A stretch of DNA of 64,000 nt from Spirochaetia bacterium (lineage in GTDB: Bacteria; Spirochaetota; Spirochaetia; SZUA-6; Bin103): positions 6,304,001 through 6,368,000 of the forward strand of contig CBDBDQ010000005.1 in NCBI GenBank assembly GCA_965203905.1, in the 5' to 3' direction. The notes under the pieces were generated by a model. That model was not told the DNA's origin. It was given only the letters and a program-made list of their open reading frames with translations, and made no database searches. Below, in pieces: positions 9,293 to 19,182 of this stretch. The position numbers and the translations under genes were made by a program. Each line of letters starts with the position of its first letter. Within the stretch, counting starts at the first letter, position 1.

Positions 9293-10507
9293 GTGCACCA
9301 GCCACCCTTCGAGGTGGCCGACGTCATCCGTACCCTGGCCACTACCGACGGTCGCGTGCCAGGCTTGCGGGTGTCGCAGGCACAACAGCGCGTCATGCGC
9401 GACCTCACAGCCTGCCGTACTGCCAAGCTCGGCGGCCACGTCGATGCTTGCGACGCCTGTGGTGAACTACGCGTATCGTACAACTCCTGCCGCAATCGTC
9501 ACTGTCCGAAGTGCCAGGCGCAGCAGCGCGCCAAGTGGCTGGAGAAGCGCTGCCAAGATCTCCTGCCGGTCCCCTATTTCCACGTCGTCTTCACCCTGCC
9601 GGCGGAACTGGCGCCGCTGGCGCTGCAGAACCAACGCGAAATCTATGGCGCCCTGTTCGCTGCCACCGCCGCTACCCTCAGGACCATCGCCGCCGATCCC
9701 AAGCATCTCGGCGCTGACATCGGCTTCATCGCCGTGCTGCACACCTGGGGCCAAACGCTGCTGCACCATCCTCATATCCACTGCGTCATCCCCGGCGGTG
9801 GGTTGGCACCTGACGCGGCCACCTGGATATCCTGCCGCGACGATTTCTTCCTCCCGGTCCGAGTCCTCTCACAGCTGTTTCGCGGCAAGATGCTGGCGGC
9901 GCTCAAGCAACGCTTCGCTGCCGACCAGCTCCAGTTCCACGGTGCCCTTGCCGAGTTGGCTGATCCCGCTCGCTTCCGCGCACTGTGCCAGCAACTGCGC
10001 GCCAAGCAGTGGGTGGTGTATGCCAAGCCTCCCTTCGGCGGCCCCGAGCAGGTGCTGAAGTATCTCGCCCGCTACACCCATCGCGTCGCCATCGCCAACA
10101 GCAGAATCACCGCTGCTGACGCGGACTCGGTGAGCTTCCGCTACCGGGACTATGCCCGTGGCCGCCGGCACCGGATGATGAAACTTGATGCGGTCGAGTT
10201 TCTGCGTCGTTTCCTGCTGCACGTCCTGCCCGATCGCTTCGTCCGCATTCGTCACTACGGCTTTCTTGCCAATCGTGCACGCAAGGAAAAACTGCCGCTG
10301 TGCCGCTATCTGATTGCCCAAGCCTCCGGCCAGGACCTGATCACTGCACCTGATCTCTCAGTTTCTCTCGAACCTCCCGGCGACGATCACCAACGCTGTC
10401 CGGTGTGCCATGCAGGAACCATGCGCCGCATCCAGGACTTCTGCTCTCAACCCACCTGGGAGTATGAGTACCTGCCTGGTCGCCGCGCTCCCCCTGAGGC
10501 CGCATGA
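9293..10507 (+). CDS. IS91-family rolling-circle (Y2/HUH) transposase with zinc-finger N-terminus
   Basis: YNSCRNRHCPKCQ, HVVFTLP, LHTWG...HPHIHC (HUH), YLARYTHR, RIRHYG. Confidence 0.93.
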   Translation: MHQPPFEVADVIRTLATTDGRVPGLRVSQAQQRVMRDLTACRTAKLGGHVDACDACGELRVSYNSCRNRHCPKCQAQQRAKWLEKRCQDLLPVPYFHVVFTLPAELAPLALQNQREIYGALFAATAATLRTIAADPKHLGADIGFIAVLHTWGQTLLHHPHIHCVIPGGGLAPDAATWISCRDDFFLPVRVLSQLFRGKMLAALKQRFAADQLQFHGALAELADPARFRALCQQLRAKQWVVYAKPPFGGPEQVLKYLARYTHRVAIANSRITAADADSVSFRYRDYARGRRHRMMKLDAVEFLRRFLLHVLPDRFVRIRHYGFLANRARKEKLPLCRYLIAQASGQDLITAPDLSVSLEPPGDDHQRCPVCHAGTMRRIQDFCSQPTWEYEYLPGRRAPPEAA

Positions 10508-10767
10508 CTCAATCTCCAGAACACCGTCGGTTCGATCTCATCACGCATCCCTTCGCGCCGCCGTGCCGTTGCTCCTGCGCACCCCTGCGCGGCGCCGGTC
10601 GCGATCTGCCCGTCAACCGCTCGTCGCCGCCTTGTCATGCGGCGCTGTCACCCAGCTCCCCGTTCTGCTCCGCGAGTTCCCGCCTGCCCGAGCACGCCCA
10701 GCACTCCGCCGCCACCGGAATACCGGCGTTCCAATCTCCATAGGCGCGCGGTTTAGTTCAATCAACC

Positions 10768-10837
10768 CTATCCGAACTGGCCCCGGCCACGGGGCAACGG
10801 CCAGCGCGCCAGCCGTTCACGCGGCCAGCTCGGATAG
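10768..10837. repeat. Long hairpin at the 3' end of the IS91 unit
   Basis: CTATCCGAACTGGCC / GGCCAGCTCGGATAG, 14/15 inverted match. Confidence 0.7.
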
Positions 10838-10980
10838 ACTCCTTCTCATAATGTAAAGTGCGGGATTATGTGAAGTAGATGGCAGGACGGGTCCATTTGA
10901 TGGGCTCCAGGCAGCATTAGCGGGTAGTTGCGGTAGCCAGGACTTCGCATTATCGCGCTCCTTCAAGCAAGGAGGCATCC

Positions 10981-12210
10981 ATGCTTGAAGACCATCTCAA
11001 GTTGGCGAGCACTTGTCGCAGACTCCGTCGTGGGCCCGCGTGCGCGTATATAGACGGCTTCGCCGACTGGCTCCATGAGCGCGGCTATCAAGCCAAGTTT
11101 GTCCTGCGTACGTTGGCGGGATGGACCGACTGGCTCACCGCGAAATCGTTTACTGATGAGGCTTTCGTAGCCGGGTACGAGGCGTGCCGGAAGGAGTTGT
11201 CTGAGCGAGGCCGTGTCCGCTATCAGCGGGGACCCAACCGAAATTCACTGTGGGCCGCCACGGTGTTCATCCGGTTCTTGCGGGAGCAGGGCGTCGTGGC
11301 CGTCGAGCAGCGGCTGATTCTGAGCGAACGCTGGCCACTGCTGAAGCAGTTTCGGCAGTGGATGCTGCAACACCGAGGCGTGACACACAGCACCATGGAC
11401 GGCTACGAGCGCTACGTAGCCGATTTCATCGAGGCTCTGGGAGTTGTTCCGGCGCACTACAGCGCCGCTGCGGTGCGCGGCTTTGTGATCAAGCGCTGTG
11501 ACGGTCATAAGGTCAAAACGGCTCAGTCGATCACCACGGCGGTGCGTGCCTTCTTGCGGTTCCTCGCCGCCACCGGGCAGTGCTGCGACGGCCTGCGGCA
11601 CGCGGTGCCACGCTTCGCGTGCTACCAGCTCGCCGCCACGCCGCGGTTCCTTGAGCCTGAGGATCTGGAGAAGGTAGTCGCCAGTTGCACCGATGAGGAT
11701 GCAGTTGGGGCCAGAGATCGGGCGGTAGTCCTGCTGCTCGCTCGGCTAGGCCTGCGCGCCAGCGAGGTCGCCGAGCTGACCTTCGATGCGGTCGACTGGC
11801 AGCACGGGCGCATCGCCGTCTGCGGCAAGGGTCGGCGCCAACACTGGCTGCCGCTGCCGCAGCAGGTCGGCGACGCCATCGTCACCTATCTGCGCCGCGG
11901 ACGCCCGCCGTTGCCGGTGCCACAGGTGTTCATCTCGGCTGTGGCGCCGCGTCGCCCGATGACTCGACAAGCCGTGTCCGGTGTCGTGTGCAAAGCTCTC
12001 CGTCGCGCAGGCATCAAGGCGCCCCACCACGGTGCACATCTGCTGCGCCATTCGGCCGCCACCGCCATGCTGCGCAACGGGGTGTCCCTGGCCGGTATCG
12101 GCAGTGTCCTGAGGCACCGCTCCCCGCAGACCACCGCCCACTACGCCAAGATCGACTTCGAGCTGCTGGGCGAAATCGCCCAGCCGTGGCCGGAGGCACC
12201 ATCATGCTGA
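10981..12210 (+). CDS. RIT tyrosine recombinase A
   Basis: RLGLRASE, GKGRR, HLLRHSAAT, LRH...TTAHYAK, ends AQPWP. Confidence 0.9.
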   Translation: MLEDHLKLASTCRRLRRGPACAYIDGFADWLHERGYQAKFVLRTLAGWTDWLTAKSFTDEAFVAGYEACRKELSERGRVRYQRGPNRNSLWAATVFIRFLREQGVVAVEQRLILSERWPLLKQFRQWMLQHRGVTHSTMDGYERYVADFIEALGVVPAHYSAAAVRGFVIKRCDGHKVKTAQSITTAVRAFLRFLAATGQCCDGLRHAVPRFACYQLAATPRFLEPEDLEKVVASCTDEDAVGARDRAVVLLLARLGLRASEVAELTFDAVDWQHGRIAVCGKGRRQHWLPLPQQVGDAIVTYLRRGRPPLPVPQVFISAVAPRRPMTRQAVSGVVCKALRRAGIKAPHHGAHLLRHSAATAMLRNGVSLAGIGSVLRHRSPQTTAHYAKIDFELLGEIAQPWPEAPSC

Positions 12211-13115
12211 ACGACCACGTAGAGCGCTATCTCATGCTGCGGCGATCCCTCGGTTACAAGCTGCGGGACACAGCCCGCCATCTCCAGGCGTTCGCAGGTT
12301 TCGCCAGCGACAGGGGCGATACCCATGTCCGCGCCGCTACCGCCGTGGAGTGGGCAGCGCAGGCGTCCTCGCCGCTCATGCGCCATGTTCGACTCCATGA
12401 CGTCGTCCTGTTGGCCCGCTTCTTGTACGCCGAGGACGCGACCCACGAGATACCCCCAGCTCGCTACTTCCAGGTCCGTGTGGTGCGCCAGCCGCCCTAC
12501 ATCTACACGCCGGCTGAGATCGGCCAACTGCTGGTGGCGGCGCACCGTCTGCCCTGCTCCTACGCGCTGCGCCGGCCCGTCTATGCGACCCTGATCGGGC
12601 TCATCGCCGCCACCGGACTGCGGGTCTCGGAGGCGCTCGACCTACGCTTCGACGACCTGCTTCCCAACGCCGTTCTGCGCATCCGCCAAACCAAGTTCGC
12701 CAAGAGCCGACTGGTGCCGCTGCATGCGACCTCGGTCGACGCACTGACCGCGTACTTGCAGGAGCGGCAGCGCTTCGCCAGCGCCGACGACCATCTGTTC
12801 GTGTCAGCGAACCGCCGGCGCATCCCGACACCAATGGCCAGTACTACCTTCCAAAAAGTGATCCGGCTCGCAGGCATCGCTCCTGGCCGCCAGCGCCGCC
12901 CCCGACTGGCGGATCTGCGTCACACCTTTGCCACCAGATCCCTGCAACGCTGTGCGGTCCAGCGCGATTCGGTGGCGCGCCACTTGGTCGCGCTCTCCAC
13001 CTACCTCGGTCACGCTAGCCCCGCCTACACCTACTGGTACTTGGAGGCGACCCCGGAATTGATGGCCGACATCGCCACGGCCGGCGAGAACCTGGTTGCC
13101 GGGAGGTTGGCATGA
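12204..13115 (+). CDS. RIT tyrosine recombinase B
   Basis: RRSLGYKL, TGLRVSEAL, TKFAKSRLVPLH, DLRHTFA, YLGH...TYWYL. Confidence 0.9.
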   Translation: MLNDHVERYLMLRRSLGYKLRDTARHLQAFAGFASDRGDTHVRAATAVEWAAQASSPLMRHVRLHDVVLLARFLYAEDATHEIPPARYFQVRVVRQPPYIYTPAEIGQLLVAAHRLPCSYALRRPVYATLIGLIAATGLRVSEALDLRFDDLLPNAVLRIRQTKFAKSRLVPLHATSVDALTAYLQERQRFASADDHLFVSANRRRIPTPMASTTFQKVIRLAGIAPGRQRRPRLADLRHTFATRSLQRCAVQRDSVARHLVALSTYLGHASPAYTYWYLEATPELMADIATAGENLVAGRLA

Positions 13116-14104
13116 CTCCCATCGCACCCCTGATCACCCACTTCCTGCGCGACTACCTCCCTGTGGAGCGCGGCTATAGCCCGCATACCTGCGAGAGCTA
13201 CGCCTATGCCTTCCGTCTGTTGTTCACCTTTGCCGCCGAACGCCTCGGCGTCAGACCGTCGGCGCTTCACCTTGAACATCTCGACGCACCGCTCATCGTC
13301 GCTTTCCTGACCCACTTCGAGGTGGATCGTGGTGGCAGCCCCGCCAGCCGCAACGTCCGCCTGGCAGCAGTGAAAGCCTTCATGCGCTATGTCGAGTTCC
13401 GCCACCCGGCGGCACTGGAGCAAGCCAGGCAGATCCTCGCCATCCCCTCCAAGCGCCATGATCAGCCGCTCGTCCGCCACCTCACCATGGACCAGATCAA
13501 CGCGATTCTGGACGCTCCCGATACCTCCACCCGGTTCGGCATCCGCGACCGCGCCATGCTCCATCTGTGTTTCGCCGCTGCGCTGCGCGTGTCCGAACTG
13601 GTGACGGCGCAGGTAGCAGATCTGTCGCTGCGCGGAACTGCGAGTATCCGAGTCCTTGGCAAGGGCCGCCGTGAGCGCTGTCTCCCGCTGTGGAAGCAGA
13701 CCACCGCTGACCTGCGCGCTTGGCTCGCCGTGCGCGGAGAGGTTTCCACGCCTGAGCTGTTTCTGAACGCTACCGACAGGCCGATGGGTCGCGCCGGGTT
13801 CAAGCACCTCCTGAACAAGCATGTGCGCGCTGCCGTAGCGGACTGCCCCTCGCTGGCCGGACGCTCGATCTCGCCTCACCAGCTCCGCCACAGCTGCGCC
13901 GTCATCATGCTCCAGGCTACCGGTGATATCCGCAAGGTGGCACTGTGGTTGGGGCATGCCGATGTGCGCACCACCGAAGTCTATCTACGCGTCGATCCCA
14001 CCGAGAAGTTGGAGGCCGTCGAAGCCGTGCTGCCACCGGAACTGCGTCGCGGTCGTTTCAAAGCCCCGGACGCTCTGATCGCCGCGCTCCTGGACCCGAG
14101 ATAA
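13112..14104 (+). CDS. RIT tyrosine recombinase C
   Basis: SPHTCESY, RNVRLAA, LRVSEL, SPHQLRHSCA, WLGHA...TEVY. Confidence 0.9.
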   Translation: MTPIAPLITHFLRDYLPVERGYSPHTCESYAYAFRLLFTFAAERLGVRPSALHLEHLDAPLIVAFLTHFEVDRGGSPASRNVRLAAVKAFMRYVEFRHPAALEQARQILAIPSKRHDQPLVRHLTMDQINAILDAPDTSTRFGIRDRAMLHLCFAAALRVSELVTAQVADLSLRGTASIRVLGKGRRERCLPLWKQTTADLRAWLAVRGEVSTPELFLNATDRPMGRAGFKHLLNKHVRAAVADCPSLAGRSISPHQLRHSCAVIMLQATGDIRKVALWLGHADVRTTEVYLRVDPTEKLEAVEAVLPPELRRGRFKAPDALIAALLDPR

Positions 14105-14182
14105 TGTGCAGCGATCTTGGACACAACTTACTTTCCTGGCAGGAGTTAAGTAGCGCTACTTTACATAATCCCGCACTTCACA

Positions 14183-15451
14183 TTACAAGACCAGGTTCCC
14201 CGGCTCCGCGCCGCCGCCCACCGCGACCGGAACGATGTGGTCCATCTCGAGGCAGAAGCGCGAGCCGCAGCGCCGCCCGCTGTCCCGGTCGACGAAGGTG
14301 CAGCAGCCCTGGTCGCGCCGCCAAACCTCTCGTTTCACCGCAGCCGGAATCGATCTGCCCGACGATCTGGCGGACTTCTCCACCGAAGTCGGCTCCCCTG
14401 CGCCGCCGGTCCTCCGTTCCGGTGTCGAACTACCGGTTGCCACGCGGGACTTCGCCGCCGAAGTCGGCTCCGCCGATCCTGCGCCCCCCGTGCTCCGCTC
14501 CGAAGTCGAATCGCCGGCTGCCACGCGCGGCTTCGCCGCCGAAGGGGACACCGCCGCCGCCGCGGACTTCCCGGGCCGGTCCGGGTTCTCCGCCGCCGCC
14601 GCGACGCGATCTGCCGTCTCCCGCCCCGCTGTCCCGGACGGACGCTCGTCACTGATAGAGTCTGACTTCCGCTTCCGGCGGCGCGGCCGGCTCGGATCGT
14701 AGCGCTCCAGTCCCTCCCGCACCAGCCGCCCGACGAGTTGCCCGACCGTCAGGTGCGGATCCACGTGCGACAGCAGCTCCCGCAGCTGCTGCAGTCCACG
14801 CTGGCACTCGGCGTCGATCACCGCCTTCAGCTCCCAGCGCCCGTCCCCCAGCGCGCGCAGCCGCTCGGCCGGCGCCGCCGCCTCGGGATCCACCTCCGCC
14901 AGCATCTGCTGCACCTGCCGCGTGCTCTTGCCCACCGCCTGCTCCACCAGCTGCTGCCGGGCGTGCGCATCCAGCACCGGCGATGGCGCACCCTGCGCCT
15001 CGCCCGCCGGCGCGGATGGAGCCGAGCCGACACGCGGCGCGGCGCTGGTGCCGGCTCCCGGCGATCCGGTGGCGGCCCGTCCGCCTGCGCTGCGGTCCCA
15101 GCGCTCGAAGGAGTTCTGCAACAGGGCCGCGTTGCTCAGGTTCAGCGAGCCGTCCTGCAGCCACGCGCGCACCCCGCGGGTCTCGCGGCACAGGCGCATG
15201 GCCTTGATACGCCGCCAAGCGGCTGCCTCGGTATAGTGCAGCTCGCGCACGGTGTAGTCGAACAAGCTGGAGTAGCCGAGGCGCAGGTACAGGCGCCGCG
15301 CCTCGATTTCGCGCAGGTGGTCGAGGACGCTGAGCTGCAGCGCCTGCTCGTGGCGGGCGAGCATTCTGGTCCGCTCCAGCAGCACCTGGTCGGGGAGCAC
15401 GGCGACCGTGGAGAGGAGCTCTTCGGAGGCTGCTTCGGTCACGTTCGTCAT
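14183..15451 (-). pseudogene. HNH endonuclease (DUF222-like N-terminus), copy 1, interrupted in its HNH motif
   Basis: Same N-terminus as copies 2 and 3 (LGYSSLFDY...AAWRRIKAMRL); ends DHIVP...GNLVL* at the RIT repeat; remainder lies at 8157-8234. Confidence 0.85.
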
Positions 15452-15789
15452 GGCGTAAATATACTACTGAATTGAAAATGCCTCGAACTTACAGGTCTCG
15501 GACAGGCGTCGGAGATGGCTCAGGACGGGCGTAGCAGGGCGCTATCGAGCCAGCGGGCGCGAAGTGTTCTCTAGAAAGTCGGAAGCGCCGCTACGGCCCG
15601 TAGAGGGCCGTCATGAGCGCATCAGAATGCGTCAAGTGTTTTCTTGCGAATTTTGGGGTTTTTTGGATCGTCAGCCGGCAGCATCGGCCGGGACATCTGC
15701 CGCACCGCCGCCTGCTGCGATGCCGTCAGAGCCGCCTCGACGTTCACGGCAAAGACCTCCCGCCACGTCTTTCAACGAGACGGCCGACA

Positions 15790-15990
15790 CCCACACCTCC
15801 GGCGCCAGATCCACGACGTCGCCCATGTTCTCGACGACGCCCACCGCTACAGCAAGCAGCAGTGCTACGACCTCCAGGGCGAGATCAACTACTTCACGGC
15901 CAACCAGCAGCGCATGGACTACCCGCTGTATCGGTCGTGCGGTCTGCCGATCGGCAGCGGGGTCAGTCGAGGGGGCCTGCAAGAAACGTG
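15790..15990 (+). pseudogene. C-terminal fragment of an ISKra4/ISLre2-type transposase
   Basis: YFTANQQRMDYPLYRSCGLPIGSG then frameshifted VEGACK; boundaries approximate. Confidence 0.75.
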
Positions 15991-16076
15991 GTCGCCAATC
16001 CACCCAGACCCAGATCGAGGCTCACTGACCGCTACCACAGTGACGGATTGCACCCGAGGCAATGTGTGATCCCAGG

Positions 16077-17960
16077 TGCCTCATCGAAAAATCCACTCGA
16101 GATGAAGCCGATGACTCATCCAAATATCCACTCAAAGCAGGTGGCGGTAAAGGGGGGTGGGGGTGCGGGGGCGGGGGGTGTCCTGACCTGTGGATATGTG
16201 GACAAGTCGGTACTTTGAGATGACCGGTGGAAAGCCACCGTGGACGGCGCGTAGCAGTCGACGCGGGCCTTTGTAGCGGTATTCTGAACGGGCGTTCCAT
16301 TCTCAGTGCTTCCAGAAACACTGTGTCCAAAACGTGCCGGTCCTGGGACACCCCCGGAGTCCGGCCCGTAGCGGCTTGGCACGCGGCGTTGGTCTGGCCC
16401 TGGCGGCGCCGCGGCGCGCACTCTGGCCACGGCGCGAGGCACCTCGCAGCGGGTGGTGCAGCGCGTGCCTGAGGTGCAAGCCACCCATGGTCCCGTGGTG
16501 CGGGCTGGATCGCGTACTCGCAACTTGATCGTGCCACCAGCGCAGCAACCGCGCCGTTGGCAGGCGGCTGGCCCGCTGAGCGCCCGCGGTGTGCAGCAGG
16601 TGTGGCCCACGACGATAAGCATCCCTATCAGCCGGCCTTCTTCAGCGCCGTGGAGTGCTGTGCAGCCAAGCGCAGCAAGCGGCGTTGCAGGTGCACGATC
16701 TGATCATTCACGGCGATCGGGTCGAGCGCCGCGAACTGCTGCCGCAGGCGCTGCTTGGCCGCCTCGGGTACCTCGGCACAGGCCAGTACCCGCTGATACG
16801 GAGTCTGCGGGCGATCATAGCGCCGCCTGACCCGTGCCCCATGGCGGGTCTTCTCGATCAGCTTCGCGCACGGGCGCACGAAGTTGACCATCAGCCGCAG
16901 CCGGTCATACAGTTCGTTGAGCAGTGCGACCGCCTCGGGAGTGTCGTAGCGGACGTAGCCGACATGCTTGCGCACCACGTCGAAGTTCTTCTGCTCGGTG
17001 AAATTGTTGTCGTTCTTGCGATACGCGCGCCCACGCGTGAAGTCGATCTGCTGCTCCTCGCAGTAACGGACCAGATGAGCATTTATGAACTCGCTGCCGT
17101 TATCCGAATGCACCGCCAACAGCTCGAAGGGGAGCAGGTGGCGCACTACCAGGAGTTGCTGGAACACCCATTTCTGGGCCTTGTTGGGCACCGCGCGGAA
17201 CTCCGTCCACTGGGTGCGGCGGTCCGTGGCCAGCAGCGTGTAGGCAAACTCACCGCTCGTGGTGCCGCCGTCGTGGCCGACCAGATCAAGACCCAGGGTG
17301 CCGAGCGCGACACCCTCCCACTCGCTGAAGGTACGGATCGGGATCTGCAGCATCAGGCTGCCGGTGGGCCGCTTGGTGTGACTGTGCCCGCGCAGCGTCA
17401 GCTTGCGTTTCTCGGTGCGCAGCAGCCGGTCGATGGTTGCCGGGCTGATGCGCACCAGCTTGGCGCGCACCTCGGGGGTGAGCGCGATCTTGCGCTTGCT
17501 GCGTGCCTCCCAACGCTCGTAGTTCGGTAACCACAGGCGCAGGGTAGCCGCCAAGCGTTTGCCACACAGGTAGCCGAAATGGTGCCATAGCTTGATCAGA
17601 GCGGCGACCACCTCCTGATCGTAGACGCGTGGCGTACGCCGCCGTGCACGGCGCTGACCGACCACGATCTTGACCGGCCGCCCGCCGCGCTGATCCCACA
17701 CGCTGGTACCCCAGCAGCGCAGCAGCCAAGCGGCATGGTGGCGGGTGCAGCCGGTCAGATCCATGTACTCCTTGATGAGCTGTCCCTTCTCCTTCTTCGA
17801 TGCCTTCCGATAGCGTCTCGCCTTCTCCCGAGCGACCCCTTTCTGCTCATTCATGGTGAGCCCCATCTCCTCCGACCTCCGGCCCTACAATGGCCAAGTC
17901 GTTCGAGTGGATTTTTCGATGAGGCATCAGTTTCCGTTCGAGTGGATTTTGAGTGAGGCA
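16077..17960 (-). mobile_element. Insertion sequence with rve-type DDE transposase
   Basis: Perfect 24-bp inverted repeat TGCCTCATCGAAAAATCCACTCGA (16077-16100 vs 17903-17926) and a second variant at 17938-17960. Confidence 0.8.
16628..17866 (-). CDS. DDE integrase-core (rve) transposase
   Basis: RYRKASKKEKG, ISPATIDRLL, LDLVGHDG, HSDNGSEFIN, KNDNNFTEQKN. Confidence 0.9.
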   Translation of the reverse strand: MGLTMNEQKGVAREKARRYRKASKKEKGQLIKEYMDLTGCTRHHAAWLLRCWGTSVWDQRGGRPVKIVVGQRRARRRTPRVYDQEVVAALIKLWHHFGYLCGKRLAATLRLWLPNYERWEARSKRKIALTPEVRAKLVRISPATIDRLLRTEKRKLTLRGHSHTKRPTGSLMLQIPIRTFSEWEGVALGTLGLDLVGHDGGTTSGEFAYTLLATDRRTQWTEFRAVPNKAQKWVFQQLLVVRHLLPFELLAVHSDNGSEFINAHLVRYCEEQQIDFTRGRAYRKNDNNFTEQKNFDVVRKHVGYVRYDTPEAVALLNELYDRLRLMVNFVRPCAKLIEKTRHGARVRRRYDRPQTPYQRVLACAEVPEAAKQRLRQQFAALDPIAVNDQIVHLQRRLLRLAAQHSTALKKAG

Positions 17961-18006
17961 ATTCGTGATCTTGTAAGTTTCGGATCAAACTGATACGGTA
18001 GGTGAC

Positions 18007-18258
18007 ATGGAGCTGGATCGGTCACAGATCCTTGCCGATCTCACACTGTTCGAACGATCCGTTAAGGCGGTAATCGACCAATTCGACGACCTTATCTCTA
18101 AGTACAACAACCAGTGGATAGCCGTGCATGACGGGATCGTGGTCAGCAGCAGCCCGAGCCACCAGAGAGTACTAGAGGACGTTGACCGAAAGGGGCTCAG
18201 GCGCTCGCAGGTCAACATTCAGTACCTGACCGATACCCCGCCGGTCATGGTACTATGA
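18007..18258 (+). CDS. DUF5678-like small protein
   Basis: KYNNQWIAVHDGIVVSS motif; AGGTG RBS. Confidence 0.65.
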   Translation: MELDRSQILADLTLFERSVKAVIDQFDDLISKYNNQWIAVHDGIVVSSSPSHQRVLEDVDRKGLRRSQVNIQYLTDTPPVMVL

Positions 18259-18332
18259 TCAGCGGTTCTATCGATCCAACTGGAATCCCGATTCTCCCAG
18301 GCTTTATCAGATCCCGCGCCTAAGTCCCCGGT

Positions 18333-18396
18333 CCAGCCGCACAAACGCCGCAGCGTCCGATCAATCGCCAGCCGCTCGATCAGCGCTCGGCAGAAA
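18333..18396 (-). pseudogene. Short transposase remnant (IS5/DUF772-like)
   Basis: RALIERLAIDRTLRRLCGW. Confidence 0.5.
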
Positions 18397-18465
18397 AGCG
18401 AGTAGCGACCGGCATCGTGGCTGACGCGGTGCGCCGGATGTGCCAATGTGGCGCCGGGAAGCAGG

Positions 18466-19147
18466 ATGAGAGCAGCGATCATGCACGGGTTCAACCGCGA
18501 GTTGACCATCGAGGAGATCGACCTGGGCGGGCCGCGCGCGGGAGAGGTGCTGGTGAACCTCAAGGCCAGCGGGGTGTGTCACTCCGACTGGCACGCGCTC
18601 AAGGGGGACTGGGGCGATTTCCCGCTGCCCCTGGTGCTCGGCCACGAGGGAGCCGGCGTCGTGGAGGAGGTGGGCGCCAAAGTCACCGCGGTGAAGCCCG
18701 GCGACCACGTCATCCTGGCGGCGCTTCGGCGCCACCCACACCGTCAACGCCGCGCGCGACGACGCGCTCGATGCGATCCTCTCACTGACCGGCGGCGCCG
18801 GCGTGCACTACGCCTTCGAGGCGATCGGGGTCGCCTCGGAGCCGTACCTGAACAGCGTGCGCTGCACCCGCCGCCGCGGTGTCACCGTGTGGGTGGGGCA
18901 CGCGCCGCTGAACACGCCGGTGCAGCTCGACGCGCGCGACCTGTTCTTCGAGAAGACGGTGATCGGCTCCTTCTACGGTAGCGCCCGCACCCACGTCGAC
19001 TTCCTGCGTATCCTCTCCCTCTACCGCGAGGGCAGGCTGCTGCTCGACGACCTGGTCAGCAAGCGCCTGCCGCTGGAACAGGTCAACGGCGCCTTCGAAT
19101 CGCTGGCGCAGGGCGACGTGGCGCGCAGCGTGCTGGTGATGGAGTAG
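18466..19147 (+). pseudogene. Zn-dependent alcohol dehydrogenase with internal deletion and frameshift
   Basis: GVCHSD and LGHEGAG in one frame, YAFEAIG...GSFYG...RSVL in another; structural Zn lobe and Rossmann start absent. Confidence 0.8.
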
Positions 19148-19180
19148 CCGGCGGGTCCCGCGGCCGGCCCGCCGCCGGCT
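19146..19180. terminator. GC hairpin between convergent genes
   Basis: AGCCGGCGG...CCGCCGGCT inverted repeat. Confidence 0.5.
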
Positions 19181-19182
19181 GG

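Larger units (their letters stand above)
10849..14185 (+). mobile_element. RIT (recombinase-in-trio) element
   Basis: Three overlapping tyrosine recombinase genes; 30-bp terminal inverted repeats at 10849-10878 and 14156-14185 (28/30). Confidence 0.92.
7917..16055. mobile_element. Degenerate ISKra4-like composite element
   Basis: Ends GGGTGCATTC...TGTGG (7917) and CCACA...TGCACCC (16055); identical 9-bp flanks GAGGCAATG at 7908-7916 and 16056-16064. Confidence 0.75.
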
